Assembly: GCF_037042905.1 (NCBI RefSeq)
Contig: NC_087251.1
Location: 5,086,001 to 5,150,000 of the forward strand
DNA: 64,000 nt
Direction of reading: 5' to 3'
From: Lytechinus pictus
Lineage: Eukaryota
The notes below the pieces were generated by a model. That model was not told the DNA's origin, did no database searches, and was given only the letters and a program-made list of their open reading frames with translations. Below, one piece after another: positions 1 to 13,100 of the stretch; the stretch's first letter is position 1; the number at the start of each line of letters is the position of its first letter. Both the position numbers and the translations under genes were made by a program.

Positions 1-2411
1 TCACGGAATTTAGAAGGAGAGCTCTCCACCGACGAGGTTTATTATGCCCTAACAAATATGAAAAACAATAAATCTCCTGGTCTAGATGGATTCACTGTTG
101 AATTTTTAAAACATTTTTGGAAGGAAATCCATATATTTTTAGTTAGATATTTAAACTCTTCATTTTTATCTGGTATGCCTTACATACAGAAGTTAGGAGT
201 TATTACTTTAATCCCCAAAGGAAGCAAAGATAGACACTATTTAAAAAATTGGAGACCCATATCATTATTAAATGTTGTATACAAAATAGGATCTACTTGT
301 ATAGCTAATAGATTGAAGAATGTACTCCCTCTTCTTATTCATGAGAATCAGAAAGGGTTTATGTCCGGACGCTTTATCGGAGAAAACATCCGCTTGTTAT
401 ATGATATATTATTATATACTGAATTAAACGATATTCCCGGTTTATTGTTACTTATAGATTTTGAGAAGGCATTCGATTCAATTTCTCAAGACTTTATTCG
501 CAATGTACTACACTTCTTTAAATTTGGTCCGACCATTGTTAAATGGTTTGATGTGTTTTATGAAAATGCTCAATCTTGTGTTTTAATCAATGGACACCTG
601 TCTCCCAGATTTTCAATAGAGCGGGGCTGTCGCCAAGGAGATCCATTGTCTCCATATATTTTTCTATTATGTGCTGAAATACTTGGCGTTTTGTTCCGAC
701 AATCAACGTCAATAGATGGTTTGAGGATGCCCTCTGGTAAATGTCATAAAATATTACAGTATGCAGATGACACTCTTCTGACATTAAACGGTTCAGAGAG
801 AGAATTGAGTAGTGCTTTTGACATCTTGGAAAAATATAAAACAATATCAGGTTTGACTGTTAATATAACCAAGACACATGCAATATGGATTGGAGGATAT
901 AAGAACAAGAAAGACTGTATTCTTGCCAATAGGATTTTGAATTGGGTATTTGATGAATACTTCAGATATTTAGGTATAGATTTTTGTACAGATCTTCAGA
1001 AAATGACGGTGCATAATTACAATGAAAAGTTTAAAGAGATCAAAAGTCAAATGACTTCATGGTTAAGACGTTACCTGACGGTCCTTGGAAGAGTTACGGT
1101 TGTCAAGTCATTGTTTGTGTCTAAATTGAACTACTTAATTCTTTCTCTCCCGAATCCAAGTGAGTTATTTCTAAAAGATGTAAATTCCCAATTTCATAGA
1201 TTCATATGGGGAGAGAAACCAGATAAAGTAAGTAGAAATCAAATGTCTCAGAGTTATTCTGAAGGTGGAGTAAAAATGATAGACATAAATCTGCATTGCC
1301 AGTCATTGAAAATTTCTTGGATGAAAAAAATGATAAACGGTTCCATTGACGGTAATATTATTTGTCTTCTTCAGTCTTTTTTGCATAAAAAACGCAAAAC
1401 TTGGATCTTTATATGGGAAATAGCTATTTTTTTAGACTGGCACACGAAATTAAAAATCCTTTTTGGAAAGAAATGTTCTTAGCGTATAGCACACTGTTAT
1501 CTATGCACTGTAATGATATACCTTGCCAACCCTTATGGAACAATGATTTTATCAAAATAGGTAATAGCTCAATTCACAGTAGATCTCTAAATAATAGGGG
1601 TGTTCGTTTTGTTAATGATATTTTAGATGTACATGGCAATTTCCTCTCTTTGAATGACCTTAAGGAAAAATACAATGTTCAAATAAATTTTATTTTTTAC
1701 CGTGGATTATGTGATGCTATAAGAGACGGTTTTAGCAATGGCACACACTTTAGCAAGTTCCAAGAACCTATTATCCCTGATACAATAGCACTTGTTATGA
1801 AATATAATAAAGGTTGTTCACACATCTATACGATTCTTAAAAAGAAAAGAAAAGTGGAATGTAAAAGTTTCCTTAAGTGGAAGTGTATATTCGATATGAA
1901 TGACAAGCAATGGCAATCGTATTGCTCTATTGGATTCAGTTGTACTACCGATGTGAATTTACGTTGGTTTCAGTTCAAAATAATGCAACATATTTTATAT
2001 ACAAATGAAATATTGTTTAAAATTAATTTAGCTCAACAAAAAGAATGTACTTTTTGTAATGTACACCGTGAAACAGTTACTCATCTACTTTGTGAATGTA
2101 CATGTATTAAACATATATGGGACAGGTTTGAACAATGGATATTTCTTAAAACTGGAAATAGAATTTTTTTCTCTAATAAAGAAAAATTATTTGGTTTAAG
2201 AGGTTCAAGTAATTATGCATTAAATTGTTTATTGATAGTGATACGACAGATGATCTATACTTCCAGAGTAAAACATCAATTACCTGTTTTTGATAATATC
2301 AAATTTGCACTTCAGAATTATTTCAAGAATGAAAAATATATCGCAGAGTCAAATTGTAAAATGGTAAAGTTTACAAAGAAATGGTTTCAATTACGTGCCA
2401 TGTTTACATGA
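1..2411 (+). pseudogene. LINE ORF2 (reverse transcriptase plus zf-RVT) broken by one frameshift near 1389-1400
   Basis: Two long overlapping ORFs (474 aa and 336 aa) join into a typical Tx1 ORF2 if one base is restored, probably in an A-run at 1387-1399. Confidence 0.88.
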
Positions 2412-2659
2412 AGTGATCTGTTCAGTTCCCTTTCCATGTACAATGATACATATGAATATTATTGTTCATTTACTCCTTGCTTGTTCCTTAAATTGTTTAC
2501 TATTATGTAAACCTGACAGTTCAATTTATATATTTGTTACAATTACTGTTGTATTGTATTTCGTTGTTATTAATTTGATTTGTCATTGAAAAGATATCTT
2601 GTTATGTTTTGAATAATAATAAAATCCCTGTGGAGGGGAAACAAATTGAAAAAAAAAAA
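1..2659 (+). mobile_element. L1/Tx1-clade non-LTR retrotransposon, 3' part (ORF2, 3' UTR, poly-A); runs off the left edge
   Basis: RT motifs KSPGLDG, WRPISLLN, IDFEKAFD, GCRQGDPLSP and YADD in ORF 58-1482. C-terminal zinc knuckle CTFC..ETVTHLLCEC in ORF 1401-2411. AATAAA at ~2618 and A-run at 2649-2659. Confidence 0.93.
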
Positions 2660-2695
2660 TTATGATAATACAAAATTGATATAAAAAAAAAAACC

Positions 2696-3102
2696 TCACT
2701 ATTTCCTTTGTTTTTTATTGTTTGAACTACAACATTTCAATTTTTACATATTTGACAATAAGGACCAACTTGAGTGAACCATAAAATGTTGAAACAATGG
2801 TATTTCCACATGTTCAGGGAAAAATATAACTTTGTTTCACAGGACAATGAGGAGAAAATTAGAATATTTCATTCTTCATATAATAAAATACAAAAGTAAT
2901 AGTGAGTGAGTGATGTCATCAGTACCCTCATTTGCATACCGCCCCGAATGTGCATATAACTGTTTTGTGAAATTAAGCGAAAATTTAAAATGTCATAACT
3001 TTCTTATTTTCCATCCGATTTTGATGAAATTCTCAGTGTTATGCTTGTTTGATTTTTTCTCTTTTTATTCAAATTAACTTTTCGTTGGGGTGGACTTGTC
3101 CT
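2696..3102. mobile_element. Kolobok-like MITE, truncated copy abutting the LINE tail
   Basis: Ends GGGGTGGACTTGTCCT+TTAA. It is a reverse-orientation copy of the family at 7578-8177 and 36140-36738, and lacks one ~200-bp arm. Confidence 0.75.
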
Positions 3103-4989
3103 TTAAGGCACAATGAAATAATCAGGTTGTCATCAGTATTCATTTTCTGGCGATAATTCTTTTTTTTTAATAAATACATCGATTTTGGAGTGATTCATTT
3201 TTTAGAAAGATATAATATTATATAAAACTATAATGTTCCTTTAATTCTGAGATTCTGGGTCCGCCTGTCGTTGTTAATTTAGCAAACAACGACGTTTATT
3301 ATATGAACAAAATATAATACAAATACAGCTGAAATAGAGAAGAGTGCTTTTTATATTCATATCTTTAATTGTGATTAATGAATATGAATTTGAATTATTG
3401 AATTTCAACATTTTACTAATATTATTACTCATGTATACAGATTATAAGTGCTTACTTCAAATTCGTTTACTCATATGTGAAAATAACATAATCGACATAA
3501 ATACTTAGGAAGCTCATGACTTCCTATTTCAATTCTTTCGAATTTTAGAACGATAATCTAGCTCCCGACTAGAATTCATGACGATTGAGCAAAACCTCTA
3601 TAATTTCTAATTATTTTCTCTAAGACCGAACTATTTTCTACTAAAAAAACCCAAACAATGTCATGTACGGAGATGGCGCTCTTAGAATTACAGTTTTGTG
3701 TTTTGTAAAGGTGAGTGAGTCCTCTTTTTTGCTTCCTGGTCTTGCCAACTAATTGACCCAGATGAGCACACAACTCTAAAACGGTGTAGGTTGTTGAGGA
3801 GTGCCATAAAACAAGTCATTAGAAGTGAATGATATCTCTTTAATATGAGTAAAGTATATAGGTTAGAGAGAATAATAGTAAAATGAACGTATAAAAGCTA
3901 TGAAAATACCGAAAAATACTGAATACTGAAAAACTTAAATGAATATTCAGTTTTTGATAAAATCTATCTTTTCTGGAGGACCTGATATTTCCATAGCTTC
4001 TAGACATTCTTTGAAATAATAATATGTATAAATAGTAAAATGGCTATGTCATTATTTCCTTCAGCAAGAACTTTATAAATGTGCTATAATCGACTCAGGT
4101 GTCTTCTGACTGTTGTTGTATTTATTCCTTAACACGTATGTCCATCTGAAAGGAAGCTGGCTACAGCTAATAAAATAATGGCAATTATTAGGCCTATACC
4201 TTGGAAATAACAGCTTGGAAGTAGGCATAAAATTATACAAAACTTAGTAATGGAGTTTTTATTATACAGAATTCCTATTCGGGATTTTGCATGTATATTA
4301 GCGGGTTATGAATTATTGTACAAGGTAAAAGAAACCACACACACACACATTTGAATTTATGAATTCAATATTTAAGGCTCACCCTTCAGGAACCGTATCA
4401 GTATGTCAATGGTCGAGCTTGCCCAGAGAGGAGCGTCCGGCACGCGTCGCGTCCGGCACCCGCCGACAAAAATCACCCAATAAAGAGAGATTTATGTCGC
4501 CCTCTCGTGTTCTGAAACAAGGAACGCTGCATGCATGATATGAGCGCAGACGACAATTTTTGCATTGAACCTACCGGTAAATGCCTGTCAAGCCAAGGTC
4601 ACCTTTCCAGATTGATTAAAAAAAACGTAATTAATTGTTATATCAGTATTATTTTAATAATTATTAAGATCTATTTAAGAATATGTATCGAATCTGTATT
4701 CTATATGTGTCATTAAACAGTTATCAGTAGGCCTATGCAATTCGATATCATAATATTAATAAACTACGATCCCAGCCATTTAGTTTCATGGTGTGTTTCA
4801 AAGACAAAATCGGCGGTGGTTAGTTTTTTTTTATAGTTTTTTAAATTTATTTATTTATTCCACATTTAAAACAAATAACATAATTTACATAACAAATGGG
4901 CCTTATCGTGAAATTTGTCACCTCTCTTGTCGTGTGTGTCGGTGTGGGTGTGATCGTTGTGTTACTATATAGGCCTAGGCCTAGTCACG

Positions 4990-5820
4990 TATTGTATTGC
5001 CGGACACTATTATGATTCCGGACACGCATATTACTGCGTTCAAAAACAATTTCGTACCGTAAGACTTCCGCAATTCAATTTCACATAGCAATACATAAAA
5101 CAAGATTGCAAAAACAAGGCGAAAAAATCCAACTTTTACCTTATTTATCTCTAAAATGACAGAAAATGCTTAAAATATAGTTTTGCATTAACAATTGATA
5201 TATTTTCTAACGGAAATATGGGCCTGATTTGCCGAATTTCAATCTCGTCCACTCCTTCGATCAAATGAGGTGTGGTGTATTGTGGGTGATCGTCGACGGC
5301 TAGTTCTCGAGGTACCTGTGCGCGAGGTTTACCGTGAGTAGAGCCGTCGATCGGCAGCGCATCGATAGAACTTGATGAGCATCACGATACGAACGAGAGC
5401 ATATATTATTGGAAAGTGCCATGGAACATGCAGCTAACAAGTAAAAATAAATAAGTTATCAAACACGAATTTATTACCAACATCTGGTCAGATTCGATAT
5501 ATAAAAACCTAGAATTTACTCATGATATGAAATAAGAAGAAAAAAATCACACAAATTTGTTCTTACATCATTATAATCAAGGATATCTTTACCTGTCCGG
5601 CGCGCGTCCGGAATCATGATGTAATTTGTCGCGCACGAAAATAATTGTTTTTCGTGGAGGGGTATGCGGCAACTGCGATGCAAAGAAAATGATTGGTAAA
5701 TATAAAATAATTTTATCATATTCATAATATTTGGAATAGCAAGTGTGATTTTTTCTTGATTGTATTTCCTCTAGTTGTCATTTTTAAAGCACTGAAATAA
5801 AGGTGTCCGGCAATAGGATA
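4990..5820. mobile_element. TA-flanked MITE (Tc1/mariner-pogo-like, non-autonomous)
   Basis: TIR TATTGTATTGCCGGACAC vs GTGTCCGGCAATAGGATA, plus an internal inverted pair ATGATTCCGGACACG / CGCGTCCGGAATCAT. Confidence 0.55.
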
Positions 5821-7577
5821 CACTGCCATACAAAGACTAGTCAATGGGAGTGGAAAGATGTCACCACCGCTGACGAAATAAACGGCAATGAATGGACTGG
5901 TGACATAAACCACGTTATAAAATAGGTGTATTATTTCAAGCATCGCGATTGGCCAATACGCGTCACATGACATCCAACTTTTTTGGTGCACTGCATGGCA
6001 GTGCAAAAGGTGCGCAACGAAAATTGACATTGCACGCTCAAGCAAACCAATGCGGTAGAAGTCCCGGGAGAAGTCCAACAAAACTGTACTGTAACTTTTT
6101 AAGAATTTGTTTCTGTGTTGCTATTTTATAAAACGAATAATGCACTTGCTCTGTCGTGCGTAAAAGTAAATGCAGAGAAAGCTCGGTTTCTTCAGATGGT
6201 GCACACTGGGCACACGCCGCCAGCGGCTCGTGCACAGTGCGGCACCTATCTAAAGAAACCTCGCGTGCTCTGCATTTCCACTAACGCACTCGGCTGCATG
6301 CATTATTTGTATAATAATGCCAACAAATGTATTTGTAAACATAGTGTATCAATGATCAAATTAACTATCTAAGAAGTAACATATAACTATAAGGTACCGC
6401 AGTAACATGTTACGTACTAGTCATAGACCAAAAGCTTCGGTCTCTGTTATGTTGGTTGTTCCGCTGAACTACGTTGGCTCCACTCACCAAATACAGAGAC
6501 CGAAGTTCTAACGCGATCTGTACAGGGGACTCAATGGCCATATGTTTATGTACTTAAGCTCAGATAAAACGGGGAAGTGAAGTTGCGTGACAGCCGAAGT
6601 AAGTCACTGTTTTTCCCCTTTTAATTTTTTTTTCCCTGTTTTGGTGCATTTCAGGCCAAAACAGAATAATTCTATTTTGGTTCAATTCTTTTTCAATATA
6701 TTTATGAAATAAAGACAAAAATCGATGTGCCCCGTCGGTGATATTTCGCATTGTTCACCCCCTAATGGTGGCTGCATGATAGCGAGCCGTCTGTGTACGA
6801 GGAGAAATTAAAAAAATTAAAAAATGTTGAAAAACTCCTCGAAACAGACGGCTGCCAGCTGTCTACATGTTACATAGACAGGAATAACCGTCGTTTCTGG
6901 GGATTTCCTTATCAATTTCTGACATGTCACTATAATCCCCATTCACCGACGGTAGTACGTTAGTGTGAGCTCGCATGTGTTATCACGGTCATCAATTCGG
7001 TCGACTAGTATACCCAGTTGTTGTGTGTCCGGACGATCAATTTTAGAAAGTCATTTGGAAAAAATTACAAGCGAAGTTGCATCAATTTTTAGTACAAAAT
7101 GTGAGAAAATATTATAGAGAACAAAATAGAGGATGATTACAACTATTGAATTCATATTTTTAGTGTAATCTTAAGACAAAAAAGAAGGCTTCAAAAATAT
7201 AAAGTGTCCGGACACCCGACCCCCCATCCTACTATCCAGACTTCAATATTTTTTTTTTAAATTGAATTTACAGTCTAAGGATATAGAAACTACCTAAATG
7301 TCTTGAGAATGTGAAGAATTAAGAAATTTGAAAAAAGAGATTAAAATGTGATAAAATAGTACTTTACCGATGTTTACTTGTCTTGGTCTTGAGAATCACC
7401 CCCCAAAATGGCAGCCAAAATATGAAGTATTTACCAACGGAGAGGGCGTCAATAATTTACGATTGGGATATTGTTATTGCTTTCGATATTATACGATCTG
7501 CTCCACATGCTAGCTAAACCGCTACGATCACAGGTAGCAGACGACATTCGATATATATCAAGACATTAAAAAGTTAA

Positions 7578-8177
7578 AGGACAAGTCCACCCCAACAAAA
7601 AGTTGACTTGAATAAAAGAAGAAAAATCCAAGAAGCATAACACTGAAGATTTCATCAAAATCAGATGTGAAATAAGAAAGTTATGACATTTCAAAGTTTC
7701 GCTTAATTTCACAAAACAGTTATATTCACTTCCTGATCCGTATGCAAATGAAGGGACTGATGACATCACTCACTATTTCTTTTGTATTTTATTATATGAA
7801 ATATGAAATATTCCAACTTTCTCCCTGTTGTCCTATAAAACAAAGTTTTATTCCTCCCTGAACATGTGGTATTACCATTGTTTTAACATTTGATGGTTCT
7901 GTCAAGTTGGTCCTCATTGTCAAATCTGCAAAAATTGAAATATTGTATAATTCAAACAATAAAAAACAAAAGAAATAGTGAGTGAGTGACATCATCAACT
8001 CTCTCATTTGCATGTCATTGAAGTATGCATATAACTGTTATGTGAAAAATAATCGAATCTTTAAACTGTTGTAACTTTCTTATTTTACATCAGATTTTGA
8101 TGAAATTTTCAGCGTCATGCTTGTTTGATTTTTCTCTACTCATTAAAATTACCATTTTTATGGGGTGCACTTGACCT
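7578..8177. mobile_element. Kolobok-like MITE, full length (~600 bp)
   Basis: TTAA on both sides, AGGACAAGTCCACCCC...GGGGTGCACTTGACCT termini, long imperfect TIRs. Confidence 0.82.
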
Positions 8178-8190
8178 TTAATAAAGATAA

Positions 8191-8304
8191 TGACGTCATT
8201 CAAGATCGCACTTGCAAGAAAAACCATCAGCTTAGGTGAAAATGTCTTAGATGAAAGATTTCTCAATCATCCAGAGGATTTTTTTTCAATAACTCCGGTC
8301 CAAG
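8191..8304 (+). promoter_or_regulatory. Candidate promoter and non-coding first exon of ERMARD
   Basis: Perfect CRE palindrome TGACGTCA at 8191-8198 and a donor CAAG|gtacgc at 8304/8305. The first coding exon has an acceptor (tattag|, 9926), so an upstream UTR exon is expected. No transcript evidence. Confidence 0.3.
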
Positions 8305-8533
8305 GTACGCAATTACTTACGTTATTTATATTTCCCTGATAATGGAAACCATGAAACTGTAAATTTCGCTTTAAAAAAAAAGTTTTAAATCGCGACCTAT
8401 AAAACATTAGTTCACTATACGTTGTCTATAGGTATGGGCCAACAACTCTTCAGTCTATGTATTGGTGAGTGGAGCCAACGTAGTTCAGCGAAACAACCAA
8501 AATACAGAGACTGAAGCTTTTGGTCTACATGTT

Positions 8534-8803
8534 ACACTACACTCGTCTACAAAAAAAAAAGTAAAACAAGTGAGGAGCCTAACTTAAATACAAAGCAGAG
8601 CTTGTAGAAATTTAGGCTCCCATTGGGAGAAAATGGTTGTGGTAGGCCCTCACTTAGGCCTATAATCTAACGTTGGATTCTAGTCTACACTACACTACAA
8701 ACAAACAAAAATGTAAAAAAAGTGAGGAGCCTAACTTAAATACAAAGCAGAGCAAGTTGTAGAAAATTAGGCTCCCATTGGGAGAAAATACTTATGGTAG
8801 GCC
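8534..8803. repeat. Tandem duplication, two ~150-bp units
   Basis: GTGAGGAGCCTAACTTAAATACAAAGCAGAGC...TAGGCTCCCATTGGGAGAAAAT occurs twice. Confidence 0.8.
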
Positions 8804-8955
8804 TAGACAGCTGGCAGCCGTCTGTTTCGAGGATTTTTTTAACATTTAATTTTTTTTTTCTACTCTCACACAGACGGCTCGCTATCATGCAGCCACCATT
8901 AGGGGGTTAACAATGCTAACCCCCGACGGGGCTCATCGATTTTTGTCTTTTTGTA

Positions 8956-9073
8956 TTTCACACGCCAATCCTTGTTAAGGGGTGCATTTTCAGAATATGG
9001 AAAATACTTGTTTAGGGTGCTTTTCGAAACCCCATGGTCGCGCCGGGTATCCACTTGTCAATGGAAGTGGCCC
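8956..9073. mobile_element. Terminal fragment of the MULE-like MITE family seen at 48144-48734
   Basis: Near-identical to ~48600-48722 (TTTCACACGCCAAT...GTCAATGGAAGTG). Confidence 0.7.
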
Positions 9074-9942
9074 TTTGGGAGGCTGTGATACAGTCAGGCG
9101 TGAGTATGAGATTTACAGGGATAAGCAAGAGTTCCAAAGGTGGGAGTGTCACATATGTTTCTCTAAGATTAAGAAATGCGTATGTGCCATTGGCCTCCTG
9201 TGTGTACTGTGCCTGTGGCATGTGATCTGTACTGCACTTGTTCCTCGGAAGAGTCTGAATCATGTCAAAATGAAAAGTGAGACTTTGAAGTGTTAGTACA
9301 ATAGGGACTTAACTTTTCATGTCAAATTTTCAGATAAATTGAGTTTTGCTTACCAACTTAAACTGTGCCATAATACCTTACTTCTGTCACATTACAATCG
9401 GCCTTGATCTCAAACTTAGTCTCAGAGCTAATCAAATTAGGATTTCCTTTTTATTGTGTGTTTTGATCTGACAGGGCAAAATCATATTTGCTGGCTCTCT
9501 AATTCCGCCCTTTATTAAACATAATGTAAAATCCTATGTCATGATATAATGGCATAGAGTCTACATGAACTACCACCCTCTTGTGCAGAAGTGAGCAACA
9601 GTGTTAGAAAGTTCTTGACTTGACAAATGACTTTTCTTCACCGATGTTTAATATTTTTATCTCTTTTATTTTATTCCTCTTGCTCCTCCTCTTCCTCTTT
9701 CACCTCTTTCTCTTTTCTCCCATCATTTCCCCGAGTCTGGCCTGCATTCTTTAGATAATTAAAGAACTATGTGAGATTTCCATTTCAAACTTGGCTCATG
9801 TATGTATAAGGGATGGACAATGATCTGATAAGCTTTTGGTATGTGGATTCATAGTGTGTGAGGTCAAAGATGTCATTATATACTTTGAAATTCTTGCAAC
9901 TCTTTCTTTTACACATTTCATATTAGATGGTGCTATCCCAGG

Positions 9943-10144
9943 ATGTCTGTAAATTCTAATGAAGCATCATTGTTGATCCAAGATGATGTAAATATTGTAC
10001 AGGATACATATCTATCACCTTCAGTCTATCATCTGATCTGTGAGATTGGAACGAGGACATCATCTTCTGGAAAGCCTTGTTTGTTAGACAATGGCCTTAT
10101 AGATTGGGATTCTGTGAACAGACTTGCTCTTCAGGATGGTATAG
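9943..10144 (+). CDS. ERMARD: ERMARD coding exon 1 (MSVNSNE...[15 protein letters not shown]...LQDGI)
   Basis: ATG at 9943. Donor AG|gtagat at 10144, with an alternative same-phase donor at 10138. Confidence 0.8.
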
Positions 10145-13100
10145 GTAGATTCCCACAGGAATCCTGTAAGCATCCTTTCATTGGTAATTCTCACATTTTT
10201 TTTATGGTGGACAAATGTAGGGCTGCAGGAAAGATGAGGTTGAGATTTTTTGTGGGAATGCTACCAAAAACATATTATGAGGCTTTCCTCTGCAGCCCAT
10301 TTAATTGTCTATGATGAAATGTGAGAATGGGCAATGAAAAAGAGGTTTGCAGGATATGCGCAGTAAAGATGTGGCTCTAACTTATATTAAGTTGCCTGTG
10401 ATAATCTTAATTATTTATAATAAGCAACAACTGCAGTGAACTTTCATGAAACATGTAATATATCATCCAGTTGTTGTCATTATTCAAGAATCTGAATGCA
10501 TTGTGAAATTTGTATGTTATGACTAATGTGAATGATATAAGATATTGAACTTTGACTAGAAAATGCCTGACATTGAAGAACCATAACTTATATATTATCT
10601 GCATTCATATGACTGTTCTTGAAATGATATTACTGTTTCTGTTGGATATGAGTATTGATGATTTAGAAAGTCCTAATAATTTTCCTATCAAAATGAATTT
10701 CCACATATTTGGTTGCATAATTTTTTTTTTAGTAGCAGAGATCGAGCGAGAGAAAGAGAGGGAAAGAATTGGTTTGAATTGAATATTACTTTGAATTATA
10801 TTATGACCATCATTATTATTATTTTAAACTTCTGCAACAATTTGAAATAATGTACAACACCTTTTCAGATTCCTGGGAGACCAAGAAAGATTTTATTGAC
10901 ATCGTGAGTAAACTTACTCCACTTTGTCTGGACATCCATGAACATGTGATGGCGCTCTCTCTATATGACCTGCAGGAGACATATAGTGAATGGTTTGAAT
11001 GGACAGGTTCCCCTGAAGTAAGTGTGTTATCAGTATATGTTATATGATGGCTTAAATTGTCTTAACAATTCTGTGTACAAGCTTTTCTAATAAGAAAAAA
11101 AAAGATTTCGGTTTTGTTTTAGATGGTGAGTTGTAAAACAAATGTGAAGCCTAAAGATGCTGTGAATTTCCCCCTTATCAAGATAAGTAATAAAAAGGAG
11201 AAGTGACATACTATTTTTAGAGGTCAAAATGACTAAATATTGGCTACATACTTTACAAAACTAACTGCAGTTCCTCTTGCACAAGTTTTGTGTGAATTTG
11301 TGGTTAACGGCAGTATTAGTTGCTTTATGCCGCAGCTGACCATTACATATACATGTACATAGGAATTTGTTTAAAAATAATTTGTTGAGGCGATCTTATC
11401 TATTTTGTGAATTTAGCATTGTTGATAATGCATGGTGATGAATAAATTTTTTACTGTAGGTTTTCCTTGAAGGATTGCGGCTTCTTAAGGAGGGAGATAT
11501 GAGAGGTCCTTCAATTAGTTTACTCATGACCACATCGGCTCTAGAGAGGGCGCTTGGAGATGTGAGTTGTAATTCCCATTTCAGGAATTTACATATTTTG
11601 ATGCGGAATTTTATCTTACAGGGCTTTCACACCTGAACATCTAGCCAGTATATGCTGTCGTATGTAAGCTACATCAAGCTTGTTTAATCACATTTATTGA
11701 TATCGAGAATTACATTTTGATAACAAGTGATTCTTCATATAAAGAACCTGAATTATTCATATTTTTTATTGTTAAGATAATGCTATTCTTGATATCAAAA
11801 TGGAATACCTAGATACCAATGACATAAATAAATATGAATAAAGGAAAAAAAACACAGGCATAAATCTCCAGGTTGGTGTTTCATATAGCTGTTCGTAGTT
11901 ACAGATGATTTTACGATTGATTGATGACCCTATCTTGGGCTAAATAAGATATCACTTGGCACCTAAGAACATGTTTGAATCGTGCATAAAGTTGTTCATA
12001 ACTTTACAAACAGCTTTATGAAACACCCATCAAAGTGTGACAGTCCCTTTAGTAAAAGGTTCCTGATGAATACTTTCTGCTGCTTTAACAATAATTATTT
12101 TTACACAATACCGGGTAATTGATATTGATAATTAGATTTTTCTAGTATTAATTGTTGTATTATTGTATTTAATTTCATGTGTATGTGGATGCAAGTAGAC
12201 TGATAAACCAAAGTGAATTATCCTCAAATTCATCCAGTATGATTAATAGGACCTTGGGAATCCAAATAAAGTTGTAAAGTATTAAAGCGGCCGCCGCTCT
12301 CGCTTATTTCTTCCATTTCGACCTCTACGTCAGGATGGTGTTTAGTCTGTGATGGATCACATGAGCTTTTGTCTATTTTCATTTCTTTTCTATCTCAGTA
12401 TTTTCCGAGCATGCAGTTTCCAAGAGAATTAAAAACATCTCTTATTAAACATCTCTTATATATATGCACAAATTGTGGACGTAGGTAGGTAGGTGCGCCG
12501 AGCAAGTTTGGATAGCACACACACGTCTACGTGCAGGGTATAATGTATAGAAAATTTGACCTGTGTTATATCGAAGCCAGTTTATTCACTATTTCTCGTT
12601 CATTACTACAAAACATTCAATAAGTTGATAAGTTCTCAAAGGATATAACTTTTTGCAATGAAATATTTATAGAACAATTCATATCAATACTTAAAAAGAA
12701 ATGAATTCATCAGAAATTAAAAAAAATTTGCAGCGCTGTGATTGACTGTGTGCATTCCAAACGCTCATCCGCACTTATGCAACTATGCCGGCTGCGCTCC
12801 TATGCAAATTATTCCAATTATTGTGTACGTACATAAAACACAACCAGTGATGAATTATTCAACCTATATCTACACTTGTTCGATCATGTAAAATTGTAAA
12901 GTAACCCATCTTCTAACATTTCTTCATTAAATATTGAGGTCTCATATTCAAACCTAATACAATTATCATTTTGGAATATGAAATTATCTTAAGTAAGTTC
13001 TAATGATAACCAAAAGACATAATACTCACGGTTGAATAAATTCTCATGACAGCTTGACTTATAAGTAAACAATAGTCATGTGCAGGGCTGATTGTTTACG

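Larger units (their letters stand above)
6424..8950. repeat. Two interleaved inverted-repeat pairs: A 6424-6510 / A' 8448-8527 and B 6711-6865 / B' 8804-8950
   Basis: Direct reverse-complement matches of ~85 bp and ~150 bp; each module has a TAGAC/GTCTA end. Confidence 0.75.

Noticed and set aside
1377..1400. Programmed -1 ribosomal frameshift in the LINE ORF2 (T TTT TTG)
   Set aside because: Slipping there meets TAA at 1386-1388, and the A-runs are not phased as X XXY YYZ; an indel is simpler.
9943..10314. Single-exon 123-aa protein as given in the ORF track
   Set aside because: Similarity to ERMARD ends at the donor near 10144; the rest is intron read-through.
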